Positions 24,990-39,349 of a stretch of 64,000 bases of DNA are shown here, piece by piece. The DNA is from Spongospora subterranea f. sp. subterranea (Eukaryota). Position numbers and translations under genes: made by a program. Location of the stretch: contig JAUGWO010000063.1 of the NCBI GenBank assembly GCA_049724395.1, forward strand, positions 62,001 through 126,000, given 5' to 3'. The notes below the pieces were generated by a model. That model was given only the letters and a program-made list of their open reading frames with translations. It was not told the origin of the DNA and made no database searches. The first letter of the stretch is position 1. Each line of letters opens with the position of its first letter.

Positions 24990-26595
24990 ATGAAGAGCAA
25001 GGTGCTGCTGATGGGCAAGTCGGGCTCTGGCAAGACGTCCATGCGGTCGATCATCTTCGCCAACTACATCGGTAGGATTTGTTGAACGTGAACACCTCGC
25101 CCGTCTCGTCGTCATCCCGATATATCGTGTTTTTATAGCTATTGGCACCCAGCGATTATTACCCACTCTCGAAGTTGAACATAACTATGTATGTAATACG
25201 CCACAGATCGCCATATTTCCATCGTGTCGTTTTTCTAGAATTCCCTTTGTTTCTCTTGATTTTTTCGGTTCTGTTCCCCTGTGAATTACAGGTATCCGCT
25301 GTCTTTCAATGTTTTTCACGTAGCGCCGCTATCTTTCTGCACTGTCTCGTCAAAATAATCATTGTTGTCAACTAATTGAGCATTTGCGGGTCCACCCTGA
25401 TCTCATCGAACAAGTTATCTCCCTATCGGCCTCTCACAACTACCCAAATGTTAGGTTCGGTTTCTAGGCAGCCTTGTGTTAAATCTCTGGGATTGTGGAG
25501 GTCAAGATCGGTTCATGGAAAATTATTTCAAATCGCAGCGGGATCACATATTCAAGAACGTTGAGGTATGAATTTTACCTTTTTTTTGTCAACGTGTTTT
25601 TTACCTGAGAGGGTGCTCGTTCAACATCGATGACGCATGCTTTATAGGTATTAATTTATGTTTTCGATATCACGTCGAAGGAGACGGCGAAAGACATGGA
25701 ATACTTCCAAGAGTGTCTGGATACGGTCCGATCGATGTCGCCCAACGCGAAAGTATTCTGTCTCGTTCACAAGATGGACATGATACAACCGGAGGCGGCG
25801 CGGGCGCGACTGTTTGATGGGCGCCGGCATGATCTCACCACCATGGCTGGCGATCTTGAAGTATCGTGCTTTCCAACTTCGATATGGGACGAATCGCTGT
25901 ACAATGCGTGGTCTAGCATTGTATATGCTCTCATTCCTAATGTCGCCGTTCTCGAAAAACGCTTAAATAATTTTTGCCATGTAAGCTTCCCCTTTTTTTT
26001 TAGCTTTACCCCATCCCAACCGGCACTGCTGGATTTGACCATGTTTAGACCCTTGATGTGCTCGTGAGTACTGGTTTTTTATTCGTATCTCCAACATTCC
26101 CTCTTTGTCTTTTTCTGGAAATCTCTATTGTTGGTATATGGGTTTCTGCTTCATCTACATCCAGGTGGTGTTCGTGTTTGAGAGGCCGCCCATGTTGATT
26201 TTGCGTTTGGCAGATTTGCGATGCGGATGAAGCTGTTCTTTTCGAAAAGGCGACGTTTTTGGTGATCTCCCACCAAAATCGTAGGGATCACTGGGATCCT
26301 CATCGATTTGAGAAGGTGAGCAACATAGTCAAGCAGTTCAAGCTGTCGTGCCGAAACACGCAGACCCAGTTCGCCAGCATGCATGTCGGCAATTCCCATT
26401 TCAGCGCCTTCATTTCGTCGTTTACTGCGACAACCTTCATCATGCTCATCATGAGCGATACCCGTATCCAGGTCTGTACCAGCTGTTTCACTTTGAGCAG
26501 GCGAGTTCTCTGACGATTGCTGTTGACAGCCTGCGGCAACCCTGATAAACATCGAGACTGCTCGGCCGAATTTCGAAGCGCTTCTGCAGAATTAA
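24990..26595 (+). CDS. RRAGA: Ras-related GTP-binding protein A/B (Gtr1/RagA), multi-exon
   Basis: [83 protein letters not shown]. Confidence 0.95.
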
Positions 26596-27287
26596 CAATA
26601 ACGAATCTATCAAAACAAACAGTCCACAGTAATTAGTGCAATACGATTGTTTGAAACATGTCAGCCGCTCTTTGCGAGTTTCGATGGCGGAAATAGGGGT
26701 TGTTGCCGGATTCTGACAACAACGAGGAATGTCTGAAAAAAAAAGCCCAACCATTGAAATCAGCTCTAACCTAGACCGAGAGGCCAGTTGTTCAACGCTG
26801 TTGCCGACTCTTCCCATTTCACCCATTAGGGAAGCGTTTTTCTAGTGAAAACGGTAAAAATTCGCCCGATCGACGATTTGCGACACCCATCTGGCGCCAT
26901 CTAGTACCGGTTTCAGACTTGGACCTGGTTCATTGGTTGCCTGCAAACACATCATGATCTAAAACCGTTCTCTTTCGTAAACTCCTTTCCATCAGGGCCG
27001 TTGACGGTTCTCTGTACTTTCCCTGTGCTGTTCGCCATATCGCCGATCAGATCATCTGGAACTTCGCCACAGAATTCCCAAACACAATATCCGGCCGACA
27101 ATCAAATTCGATAAACGGCACCTCGTCAACGAGACGGGAAAGTTTCGCTTTATCGATCCACAAACTCCTTGATACGTTGGCTGTTCCGGGCGATTCTTTG
27201 AGAAACTGCCCCAGTTTGGAGTGCGCGGGTCGGGCTTTTCGGAGAGTGATTTGCCGATCGAGCAGAAGGCTGGGGCGGGAAAACGGG

Positions 27288-28679
27288 ATGACCATCATGA
27301 ACAAGGACCAGTTCATCGACAGAATCACGACCAACTTGTCATTACGCCATGATCGGCTCGAGCGGAAACTCCACTGCCTGTCGGCGAAGATGTCGGGATT
27401 GGTGAGCGGCGACGCCACGCCTTTGAACACGATCAGGTCGGCGAGCGATCGCGTGTCGCCGCCGTCCGGCTCCCAACCATCGACGGGCGCTGGTAAACCG
27501 TCGGAGGAGGTGTGTGGGCTCCTTCCCCAACCACAATCGGAACAAAGTCTGTAGAATACGATCGTCGTCATCGTCGACTCCAAATCGTTGGGGAATCCGT
27601 GAAATCCCCTTTCGTTCATCACCGCTTCGTTATCGACAAAGTTTTGTTTCTAAATCACGACGTTCGACATCGTTATCGTGAAACTGAAATTGTTTTTTGT
27701 TGTTCCTTGTTGTTCCCAGAGCGTCGTTGATTTTCGACTTTTGGCGTTTTTCCGTTCCCAATGCGTTTTTGATGACTTCTTTTAGGCTATCTGGAGGATT
27801 TGCTTGGCCACGATTCCGACGTAATGCGACGACAGCGCGAACAGATCGTGGCGCTATCGATCGGCCACTGCCGGCTGCGTCGAACGTCGGGCGATTACTA
27901 CAACTGGTCCCTGGAGCAGCGCCGCGCCTACCTTGGCGCTCCGTCCGTCGCCTGCCTCTGTAAATCGATGTTGATGGTCAACAAGCGCGCTCCTGTGTTC
28001 GACGACTATCGCATTCCTGATCGGCATTACGCCTCCCATTATCTCGTTATCTACGTAATACGGTTTTGTTCATTCGTTGACAACGCCCTGGTTCCCGATC
28101 ATCATGTCAAAGTTTCATCATCTTTCAATGGGCTCAAAATGATCTCAGGATCATTAGCGCTGTTTCTTTGTTTCATTTTCTCGTTGAACTCCATTCACAT
28201 TGTGTTGATTGTGAGGTTTTTCACTGGCAAATTCCTCTCCCTTCCTTTTGCTGAATCAGGTTCTGCGAAATGCAGCAATATGAGGTGAAGTTCGTGAACG
28301 AGAAACTGATCGACCATTTCCGATCGACGGCTCCGCCTCCAATGCCCCCGAAGAAACGGTACAACTTTCGCGTCGCGTCCGAGGAGGAAAACGATCGCCT
28401 TTCGGGGTTCGTTCACAACGCCGTGTGAGATTGTGTTGACCACCGCCGTTCGTGTTCTGAACAAACCGCTGATGTTCATGGTTTGTGGGCAGATCCCCTC
28501 TCGGGTTTAGGCACATGCAGATCCCGTTCGTCCTGGATCGACGCGTGGTCGATACGGTCGACATGATCTGGTTGGGCGGGGGCGAACCCAACGTCAAGTT
28601 CGCCATCGGTGTCAGCGAGTTCATCAGCGTGTTCAACCCGATTATCGCGTCGGCCACAGTCGAAGGACAGGATTCATAA
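27288..28679 (+). CDS. YbaK/prolyl-tRNA synthetase-associated (editing-type) domain protein, multi-exon
   Basis: DYYNWSLEQRRAYLGAPSVACLCKSMLMVN; YNFRVASEEENDRLSGFVHNAV; SPLG...IWLGGGEPNVK. The start is approximate. Confidence 0.85.
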
Positions 28680-29147
28680 ACGGTTCACCAATCATTTCAC
28701 CCACCGTTCTTTTCATAATCTCGGCGAAGAACGATATGGGGTTAGGTTTAGTGTGTCGGATGTTGCGCCATCTTCGTTTCAACTTGGCCGTTCGCTGAAT
28801 TTCGTCGACACATCTAATCTGCGTTGCCGAGGTTGTCTGGTCGGGGACGAGGATTATTCACCGGCAGGTGTCCAGTAATCTATCCGGACTCGGTGAACAC
28901 GTTGTCGCGATGTGAACAGCGCGATCGCTGCGACCAACACGGCACAGTTTAGGGTCTCGTCGTTGTCCCTGGTCCGCTAATCTATCTGAATATCCCATTT
29001 CTCTCCTTTGCGATCAGCATCGGCCGCCCCCTGATCAGGCTCTCTGAGGCGCCGCTCATCAGGGAAGATATCGTCCAGAACCGAAAAAAGGGGAAAATTG
29101 AGTCGCCAATTTATTCTCTTCACGTTCTTCACAATCTTCCCGCCCTG

Positions 29148-29860
29148 TTATCTGAACACAATACGAGCGCCATTCGGGCGTTTCTTGGTTTTGATGGCGA
29201 TCCCCGGTTTGAACCGATCGGTGACCCACGACAATGTCGCCAAACACTGATCGCTGGTCAATCCGCTGATGGACCACTGCACCCACGGGTCGAGCTCCAG
29301 GGCGTCGATCCGCTTGAGCAGGGCGAACATCTCCTTGAGCGTGTTCGGGGCGAAGACCAGGACCCCGGCCCGCCCTCTGGCGTGCTTCCCCGCCTCGTTC
29401 ATGATGTCGTTGACCAGGGACTGGACCGTTATCAGCCCGTCCTTGGTCGTGATCCAGGGCGGCGGGTGCGGCGAACCCGCCTCGGGCTGGTTCGACTTGT
29501 CGACGAAACCGGCGACCGCGTCCGGATGCCAATCGAACAGCAGCGCCGGATTGTTGGTCGATACGGGAATACAGAACAGGAACGCCTTGATCTACAATCA
29601 GAGATCGTTCGTTGTGTCAGAACGAAAACGGCGTTGATGGCGATGGCGTTGACCTGAGCGGCTTTGCACTTGAGCTCCAGCTCCCCTTCGATATTCGCTT
29701 TCAGCTGGGCCAACTGTTCGGGGGAAACATTCAGCCCTTTATCTCGCAGAGATCGGTTCTCGAATGGCAACCACCTGCGCCTATTCATCCGCAATCGAAC
29801 TCGAATCCGCGCGGGGCCATCGGATTGCCCCATGTGGTTGAAAACCGTTGATTCAGAGCC
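29148..29860 (-). CDS. Hypothetical protein, at least 2 exons
   Basis: GC3-rich frame ...LELKCKAAQ|IKAFLFCIPV...VLVFAPNTLKEMFALL...RIVFR*; no family recognised; start uncertain. Confidence 0.55.
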
Positions 29861-30013
29861 AGTCAATCTCGTCGACGATATACGACCAATGGGGTGTCTA
29901 ATAGCTCATACTTAACGGTCTAACGGGCGACCTCAACGACTGACAAATTCATCGACAATGATTTGGATAAACAGCCCATATGATTTGATCGGTGGTTCAT
30001 CGAATCGTCGAAA

Positions 30014-30052
30014 TTAGAAACGACGTTTAGAAACGACGTTTAGAAACGACGT

Positions 30053-30062
<10 letters not shown>
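30014..30062. repeat. 13-bp tandem repeat (ttagaaacgacgt) x about 3.7, overlapping the protease stop codon
   Basis: Seen directly in the sequence. Confidence 0.9.
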
Positions 30063-32252
<2,190 letters not shown>

Positions 32253-32713
32253 GGCCGTTGTTGTCGATATGAATCTCCCGCCCTGTGGGCATTGATTGTC
32301 AGTTTGATCAGGAGCGTCGTTCGTCCGGCAAACCGTAGGGATGTGCCGACAAGAAACGGTGCTAGGGCTATTGTGGGTCCCTTGAACTGTTGAGGATCGC
32401 TGGGTCTAATAACGGATCCACCGGCCACTCCTCCAGCCGCCGCTTCCTCCTATGACCAATATCTCCCTCACCCACTCCCACTCATCATTGTGAAGCGGAT
32501 CATGATCGGCACTGATATGAGAGGAATGGGGAGGGATCAGTGCCAAGGAACAGAGGAAACATTTCCGCCCGAGTTTCGACTAAAATGATAACTGATTACG
32601 GATTCCCGCTATAACGACGACGTTGCCAGTAATAGGCTGCCCCATTGAATCGCACTACATCAGAGAATCACCAACTGTGGAGATGAATAAAACACAATTA
32701 GTAGAAAACTTGT

Positions 32714-34552
32714 TCAATTGTTGATTTGTTTAGTCGTGGTGGACGGGGAAAGGACAGAAGCCATTTTTGCTTTTCTTGCCTGTTGGAGCTTGACGGCCAC
32801 ATTAACAGCATCGTCATCACCATCACTGTCCCATCCGGAATTATTACTCAGTGAGCTCTGCTTCAGTCTTGCCACGAGATCCCGTTCAAAAGCGTCATCT
32901 TCGGCGGATCTATGATAGGGCTTTGTGGACCTGGTCTTTGAACCTGGTTTAACTGTGCTGAAACTTGATGATGCGAGGGTGTTGTCAGCAAACGTAGTGG
33001 AAATCGATTGTTGCGAGGTGGATGCCCATCTTGCGGATGGATCCGTCTTTACAAATTGAGGTTGCGGATTCTTGGAATCGTTCGATTGTGATGAACCTGG
33101 GGCACCTTTCCACAGAGCATCAGGGCCGCTGGAAAACGTGCTGGCCGGCTGGGTTTGCGCCAGAGATCGGACATTCGAATTAGAAACCTGGGAAGTAGCT
33201 TGAGGCTTGGGCTCAGAGGGACCATTAGACTGAGCTGTTTGAGAGGCAGGTTGCCATGCCGTTGCGGGGACCGTGTTCGCAGCATCCCAGGAAGAAGTTG
33301 GCTTCGACCAGGACGAATCAGTGAGCTGAGAACTGCCGCTGAATGATGAGGTGGCCGATTGGGTTTGAGCTGGAGGCTTCACGGTGGCCACATGGGTTGG
33401 CGCTGGAGGTTTGACGGTTGAAGCATGGGGTTGTGGGGGCTGCGATAAAGAAGCGGAGAAAGCCCATCGATCAGCTGGATTCTTCTTAGGCTCTGAAATC
33501 GGCTTATTCGACTGCGATACTGGTACTTTCGGCTGCGGGACTGGTTCTTCCGATTTCGCTACCGTAAACTCCCATTTGACTTGGCGTTGAACCTCGGAAT
33601 CACCAAACACTGCTGTGATTTTGAGTGAAGCGGGTGCAGAGGAACTTGATGTAGGTTCTACAGGATGAGAAATGGCTGGAGCTTGAGCTGGAGGTTGAAA
33701 GGGAGGTTGTGCGTTAGGAACAGCTGGTGTGGGTTGAGGTGGAGTGCTAGCGGAGCCATCAAATCGCCTATACTGTGATGGTGGCACAACGCTTGCTGTC
33801 GCCTGCGGTGCAACGTGATTGGCAAAAGAATTGGGCATCGCAGGGGTCTGAGGTTTTGGTATGGTGTTGGGAGTACCCGCATTGCCCATCATTCTTAAGC
33901 GGTCAGGATGTATTCCAGAATTGGAACCGGCTGCAGGGCCAGGATTACTAACAGGCCTGGGTTGGCTCGAGAGCGGCTGTTGTGCAGGCGCCGAAACATT
34001 TGAAGTATGAAATCGGCTTGGAGCTGCAGAGGTTTGAAATCGGTCAGGATTGAACGGGCGGGATGGATTACTGTTAGCAGCAGGCGCGCTCTTGGTATTT
34101 GAGTTGAATGTGTTTTGGGTGACGGGGGCGTTGCCAATCATCTTCAATCTATCAGGATGAATGCCCGGAGATGGCGCAGGAGCGTTGGATCCCAGCATCT
34201 TCAATCGATCAGGATGGATGGCTGGCGAAGGAGCAGGGGCCTTGTGTTGGATAGTCGAAGACGGCGCAGGAGCGTTAGATCCCAGCATCTTCATCCGATC
34301 TGGGTGGATGCCAGACGTCGGCTTGGGTTCCGCAGCTGCTCTGTTTTGGACAAATTTGCTTGTATAAAGGTTGGGTGTGGCCTGAGACGTAGAACCAATC
34401 GGTGCCTGACATGACACAATAGCTGTCGCTGGGCGCACTGCCGCTGCGGGAGCCGGCTGTACGACCGGGGGAGTTTTCGCTCCTCCAGCCGACGGGATGT
34501 TGAACCTCGACGAATCCTGGTTACCGATCCTGGCGAGCCGCGACGGATGCAT
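32714..34552 (-). CDS. Intronless P/S/A/Q-rich disordered protein with repeated IHPDR(L/M)(K/R)M motifs
   Basis: ORF of about 612 aa from ATG (MHPSRLARIG); four GIHPDR/AIHPDR copies. Confidence 0.75.
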   Translation of the reverse strand: MHPSRLARIGNQDSSRFNIPSAGGAKTPPVVQPAPAAAVRPATAIVSCQAPIGSTSQATPNLYTSKFVQNRAAAEPKPTSGIHPDRMKMLGSNAPAPSSTIQHKAPAPSPAIHPDRLKMLGSNAPAPSPGIHPDRLKMIGNAPVTQNTFNSNTKSAPAANSNPSRPFNPDRFQTSAAPSRFHTSNVSAPAQQPLSSQPRPVSNPGPAAGSNSGIHPDRLRMMGNAGTPNTIPKPQTPAMPNSFANHVAPQATASVVPPSQYRRFDGSASTPPQPTPAVPNAQPPFQPPAQAPAISHPVEPTSSSSAPASLKITAVFGDSEVQRQVKWEFTVAKSEEPVPQPKVPVSQSNKPISEPKKNPADRWAFSASLSQPPQPHASTVKPPAPTHVATVKPPAQTQSATSSFSGSSQLTDSSWSKPTSSWDAANTVPATAWQPASQTAQSNGPSEPKPQATSQVSNSNVRSLAQTQPASTFSSGPDALWKGAPGSSQSNDSKNPQPQFVKTDPSARWASTSQQSISTTFADNTLASSSFSTVKPGSKTRSTKPYHRSAEDDAFERDLVARLKQSSLSNNSGWDSDGDDDAVNVAVKLQQARKAKMASVLSPSTTTKQINN

Positions 34553-35332
34553 GGCGTGCGACAAACGAGGAATATCGCGGAACGATCCAACAAACGAGGG
34601 ATTACAGTAATGGCCCCAATTACTACAGGTGGTGTACTGTAGTTATACTGTGATAACTCGACCGCGGGTTCACTCGTTATCTGTGCAACATAACTACAGT
34701 CAACAATTGAGTGTCGCAAGTCAATATAGGGGGTCACAGCCACTACATGACCAGGACCCCCCCTTCCCCAAGACCATGGCGAATTCTTACATCGCTTTGC
34801 GGGCTGCAATGATGACGCTGGGGATAGCTCGGCGCCGGGAAACACGGCAATGACAACCCCAGATAATTTCCCCGGACTGCGTCGCCCTGTAGCGCCAGCC
34901 GGTGTACCTGACGTTAGTGCTGGAGGGTGAGCGTGAGGCGGCCCGGCTGCAGTGGAGCGGATTGCGTGCCCATCGCCGCCCGAAAGGCGCGATAACAATC
35001 AATATTAATAGTGGAGTGTAGTTGGAGATTCTGGGAAACATTCGGTATCGCGTCTTTTGCAGAGTAAATCATCATTGACATGTCAATTGCGCTATACGTC
35101 GAGCAGACTACTGAAATTGTTTATGGTTCTTGGAGGCAACCTCAGAAAAGGCAATGAGAAGCTGTACGGTGCGATTACCCGGACTTGGCAAGTACCAGTC
35201 GCTTCAAGGTGACAAGCTTGTGGGTCACGAGGCTACCTTGTGAAATTCATGTTGATTTGCGGTCCCTTTGACGGTATAGCCCTGTTGAATACGATAGAAG
35301 CGGATTGGGTGATTCCTGAGCCAACAAATAAG

Positions 35333-35684
35333 ATTGGTGCGATGCATGACGGTAAATTTCCAAGCGTTTTTAGCGGCTCAAGATCGCAGAATGACGATGA
35401 TCGAGCAAGCAAGCCCAGGCCCAAAACATTTCGATCGACAACATGACCTGTCGCTTTTCAGCACAAGCCGGGAGCCCCGGGAGGACCAGTGCTGAACCGC
35501 TTTGGCGTAGCTGGTCCTCCCAGGGCTCCCGGCTGGTGCTGGAACGCGACAGCGCATGTTGTCGATCGAAAAAGTTTCGGCCTTGACTTGCTTCAAAGCC
35601 TTCAGGTCTTGCTCGATTATCGCCATTCTGCGATCTTGAGCAGCAAGAAATGCTTGGAAGTTTTCAGTCATGCATCGAACCAAT
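35333..35684. repeat. Long imperfect inverted repeat (hairpin 1): arms of about 157 and 174 bp, 21-nt loop
   Basis: 35333-35489 matches the reverse complement of 35511-35684; loop tgctgaaccgctttggcgtag. Confidence 0.93.
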
Positions 35685-36251
35685 TCCTGGATATCAGCCA
35701 AGGTGGCTGGAAGAGGTTGTACATATCAAAGTGTCAAGTCCTGCTGTGAACGCGATGTTCAAAAAGCGCCCTCTGACACTGAGAAGGCACTTGCAGAACC
35801 AGAACAATCGGCAGAAGCTGAAAAGGAAACCTATCTTACCATCGAGAAGCAAATCTGCCAACATAGATTGCACAAAGCATCAGCATTGACATAACAGGAT
35901 GACGTTCCAGGAAAGTGCACCATCTCATTTGGTAGATTTCAGGGGGAACGCGCAGTCAAAGTAAGCCAGACATGCTAGGCCGACGCCGTCCGACGTCGCT
36001 TGACCGATGGAGATGAGGTTTGCGGAGAGTCCGGGAACGAGCGATACTGGAGAGATGTTGATAATTCATCTACGGAAGCGGTGGCAGCTTCTCTCCATAT
36101 GATGTCAGGGATTTCAGTGGCCAAGCAGGCTTGCCATTGGAGGTCATGACCATCGCCGTTCAAGGTAATGAAGAGAGACCCTGACCCTTTGATCGGTGTT
36201 CAGATAATGCAGTATGGGCAGAGCTACTGTGAACCTGAGACGTTGGATCGC

Positions 36252-36584
36252 GAAATGCGATGCCTGGCATACTCATATAACAAGTATTTGAACTTACACG
36301 TTCAAGCTAGAACGCAGCATCAAGATCGACAGAATCTAGACTAACGCATTTGGCATTTACATGTCTCGGATGCTATGCGGCCTTCAAAACCAAGGACACT
36401 CTGCGGGATCACGTATCGACCTATCATCCTCGCGTGCCCTTGGTTTTAAAGACGCATAACATCCGAGACATGTTAATGGCAAAGGCGTTAGTCTAGATTC
36501 TGACGATCTTGATGCTGCGATGGCTTTGGCTTGAACTTGTAAGTTCAAATACTTGTTATGTGGGTATGCCAGGCATCGCATTTC
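36252..36584. repeat. Long imperfect inverted repeat (hairpin 2): arms of about 145-150 bp, loop of about 35 nt
   Basis: gaaatgcgatgcctggcatac...ccaagg pairs with ccttgg...gtatgccaggcatcgcatttc. Confidence 0.93.
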
Positions 36585-37052
36585 AACCAGATCGTCCTCA
36601 TCCTCCCAGTCGCGTAAACATGGGCTATCCCGCGGTGTACATCCCGAACATCGCGATCGCCAGTTCCGGGGATAGATATATCGAAACCTCACTATCTCGC
36701 ATCGTCAACCAACACTCAATAGTGATTTGCGGTGCCCAATTCCCCCATGGCCCCTAGACTTGAGTGAGTGGGTGGCTATTGCCGTGTAACGATCAGACTC
36801 GCCCCACTGCAATAAACTTCGTTACGGTCATATATCGTTACAATGACGGCAGTTCCATATATCTATAACCGCTGTGTCAGGCCGTAATCGCAAGTAATCG
36901 GGGGTCTGTCATCGTCATGATGGTTTCCCGAAAGTAAGGCCGCGCCCGGCAACCGTCATGAAAAAGGCCAGGTCCGTAGATTGAAGGATTTCCATAGCGA
37001 AGTCTGCCAACGACCGAGAAATTCGCCGTGAATCGGAAACTGTCAGGGCATC

Positions 37053-37648
37053 ATGAACTCGTTCGGGGTGCAGGGTCAGCTGTCGGAAGTGGAGAATGCG
37101 AGATTAATGGATGATCTGCAAGAGATGCAGATCAAAGATGCACAGCGGATGTATAACGATACGGTGCAACGCTGCTTTATACGCTGTGTTGACAACTTCA
37201 GGGGGAGGTAATCGTGACAAATAATTCACCCATTCGCTACTTTTATCATCTCATTTTTTTTTCTGGTATTAATCTAACCTTTTCGATTATATCCGCTGTC
37301 AAATCAACTACATGTTTTCTCTGTGTCCTCACATTTACGGTTGCGAGTTCATTGGATTTATTTAGGTCATAACAGCGACGCTGTTTTGTCGATATAATTT
37401 TCACTGATTTCGTCCATTATATGTTCGAAAAGTCAACGTAGTGTCTCTGATTGCTCTTCAGCTTCTTCTCAATTGTTTTGCTTCACAATCGAAGTTGACA
37501 CTTTCCTCCTTACAGGACCTTGGAGGCCGGTGAGCAGAAATGCATCAATATTTGCTGCGAGAAATCCATCAAATGCTTGCAGCGGGTTGGTGCTCGGTTT
37601 GCTGAACAAAACATGAACCAGCCTGGAATTCAGCCACCACCGTCATAA
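37053..37648 (+). CDS. TIM9: Mitochondrial intermembrane-space small Tim chaperone Tim9; 1 intron
   Basis: QIKDAQRMYNDTVQRCFIRCVDNFRG|RTLEAGEQKCINICCEK...RVGARFAEQN: twin CX3C motif. Missed by the ORF track. Confidence 0.9.
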
Positions 37649-38168
37649 CCGTTGGCAATCATCTACAACCAATTATTGCATTACATTACTTTGCATTTTC
37701 TGTAATGGTCCACCTTTTGCTGCCGCAAAAGTGTTATTCCCTCAGTACCGACGCAATTAAATTCTGTTGAGTTTTTCTGTTTCCAGTATTTTTTTCGTAG
37801 GTTTGAATTTTTCAAAAATCATCAGCATTGAACAACTGAACGTCCCTGATGCTTGTACTGTTTGTTTAACATCCAAATGCGGAAATAGGTAAGTGTCGAG
37901 TCTCACTGCCCGCTCTCCAATGTTTGGTTCCACTATCTACCAGTTATGGCGCTTTTCTGTTAATCCCCATCTATACAAATATCGCCAAAAAGCTCACCTA
38001 GGAGCTGTCCCGCTATCGAATTCTGTTCCGTTTCTTGAGGAGAGCGATCGCTGTCAACTTAAGCCGGCTCAGGCATGCGATAAGGGCGAATTTAAACAAA
38101 TTCCAGATGTTGTCCCTTGTCCTTACACGTCAAACTCGATGTTCATGATTCGAATTTTGTTTATTGCT

Positions 38169-38924
38169 TTATACCGCTGCGATATTCTGTTGGTTAGCCG
38201 GTATCCAAAACCCGGTTTCATTTCGGAACGTGTCGTTGTGGAAAATTCCAGTCCATGACTGGCCCCTGGTGTCTCTAAACACTCCTCGTCCATGCATCTT
38301 CCCATCAGTCCAATCCCCATCATAAGACGACAGGTCAGCCCAGACCATCTTCCCACGCCCATCGTATCGCCCGCCGTGAAATGTCCCAGAATACTTCGCG
38401 CCGTCTGCGAATGTGAACGTCCCTGTGCCTTCTATCACATCATGTGACCATTCGCCGTCGTATTCTTCGCCGTTGCCTCGGAAAACGCCCTTTCCGTGGC
38501 GCTGTCGTTTCTTTTCGGGTGTCGCATCTGGCGCGGAGGATGGTATCTCAACTTCAATAAACTCTCCATCTACGAGGAAATGGGACTGTGAGATTGCCGA
38601 TTTTCACCGATTTCAGACCCGGCCTCTAAGAGCAACGACGGATAAACGGTCGAAACAATGTCCAACGGGTTGACAGCCATGTAACATCATCGTGTTACTG
38701 TAGTGGTGACGAAATGAAACGTGACAAGCGTGTGGGGCCGTAACACAACTGCAACATTGCCAAATCCAAGAGTCTGTTACTTATACAGGCATACCGTAAC
38801 GTTGGTCGGTATCGGGAAACGTGAAATGGCCTTTCTGTGTAACGGGAACGGCAGGGATATCAGTCACGGGTGGTGCCACCTCTTCCTTCTTGGATTTAGC
38901 AGCGCCCGACGGTGGCGACGGCAT
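38169..38924 (-). CDS. MORN-repeat protein (MORN2-like); 1 intron
   Basis: MPSPP...KGHFTFPDTDQRY|DGEF...RHGKG...YDGEW..DVIEGTGTFTFADGAKYSG...YDGDWTDGKMHGRG. Confidence 0.88.
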
Positions 38925-39349
38925 ATCGAGCTGCTACAGATGGCTTGGCAGGATCCCCTGTCGAGATCGATTTCCCCAAAATATCTTGTCGCTCAGGAGT
39001 TGATTGGATTATTCGCGTGGAAGTGCTGGTCCGGTTGAATAAACTGCAATGCGTTTTTAGTTGCAAAGACAGAATCGCAAATTCCCGTTTCACAAAATTG
39101 TCTTCTAAGGACCTTGTAAATGAACCATCGCTAATGAGTTTTCTCAACCAGCGAGAGTTTAAAGACGACAAGCAATCCCGTTGCCGATAACGTTCCTCGT
39201 TATGCCGATCCCCGCAGCACAAATGAAATCAATTCGGAAGAGATGAGATAGTTTTCTGTGACGATTTCGGGTCGAATGGAGTTTGTTCCCACGATCATTA
39301 CCGGGATCAATTCCATATACAGCGGGTGTTGGGTCGTAGCGGAAGGCAG

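Noticed and set aside
25070..25455. Apparent missing switch-I exon in RagA
   Set aside because: A small exon at about 25139-25188 ([17 protein letters not shown]) supplies it, so the gene is intact.
27047..27622. 191-aa minus-strand ORF
   Set aside because: Likely a shadow of the first exon of the plus-strand YbaK-like gene.
34809..34911. C/D snoRNA, U3 (box B GAGCGTGA nearby) or RNase MRP (TCCCCGGAC) candidate
   Set aside because: No terminal stem, no recognisable rRNA guide, and no U3 box A or MRP CR-V motif.
36385..36445. HDV-like ribozyme (TCCTCGC loop)
   Set aside because: P3/P1.1/P2 cannot be built; the apparent P1 is just the hairpin-2 arm.
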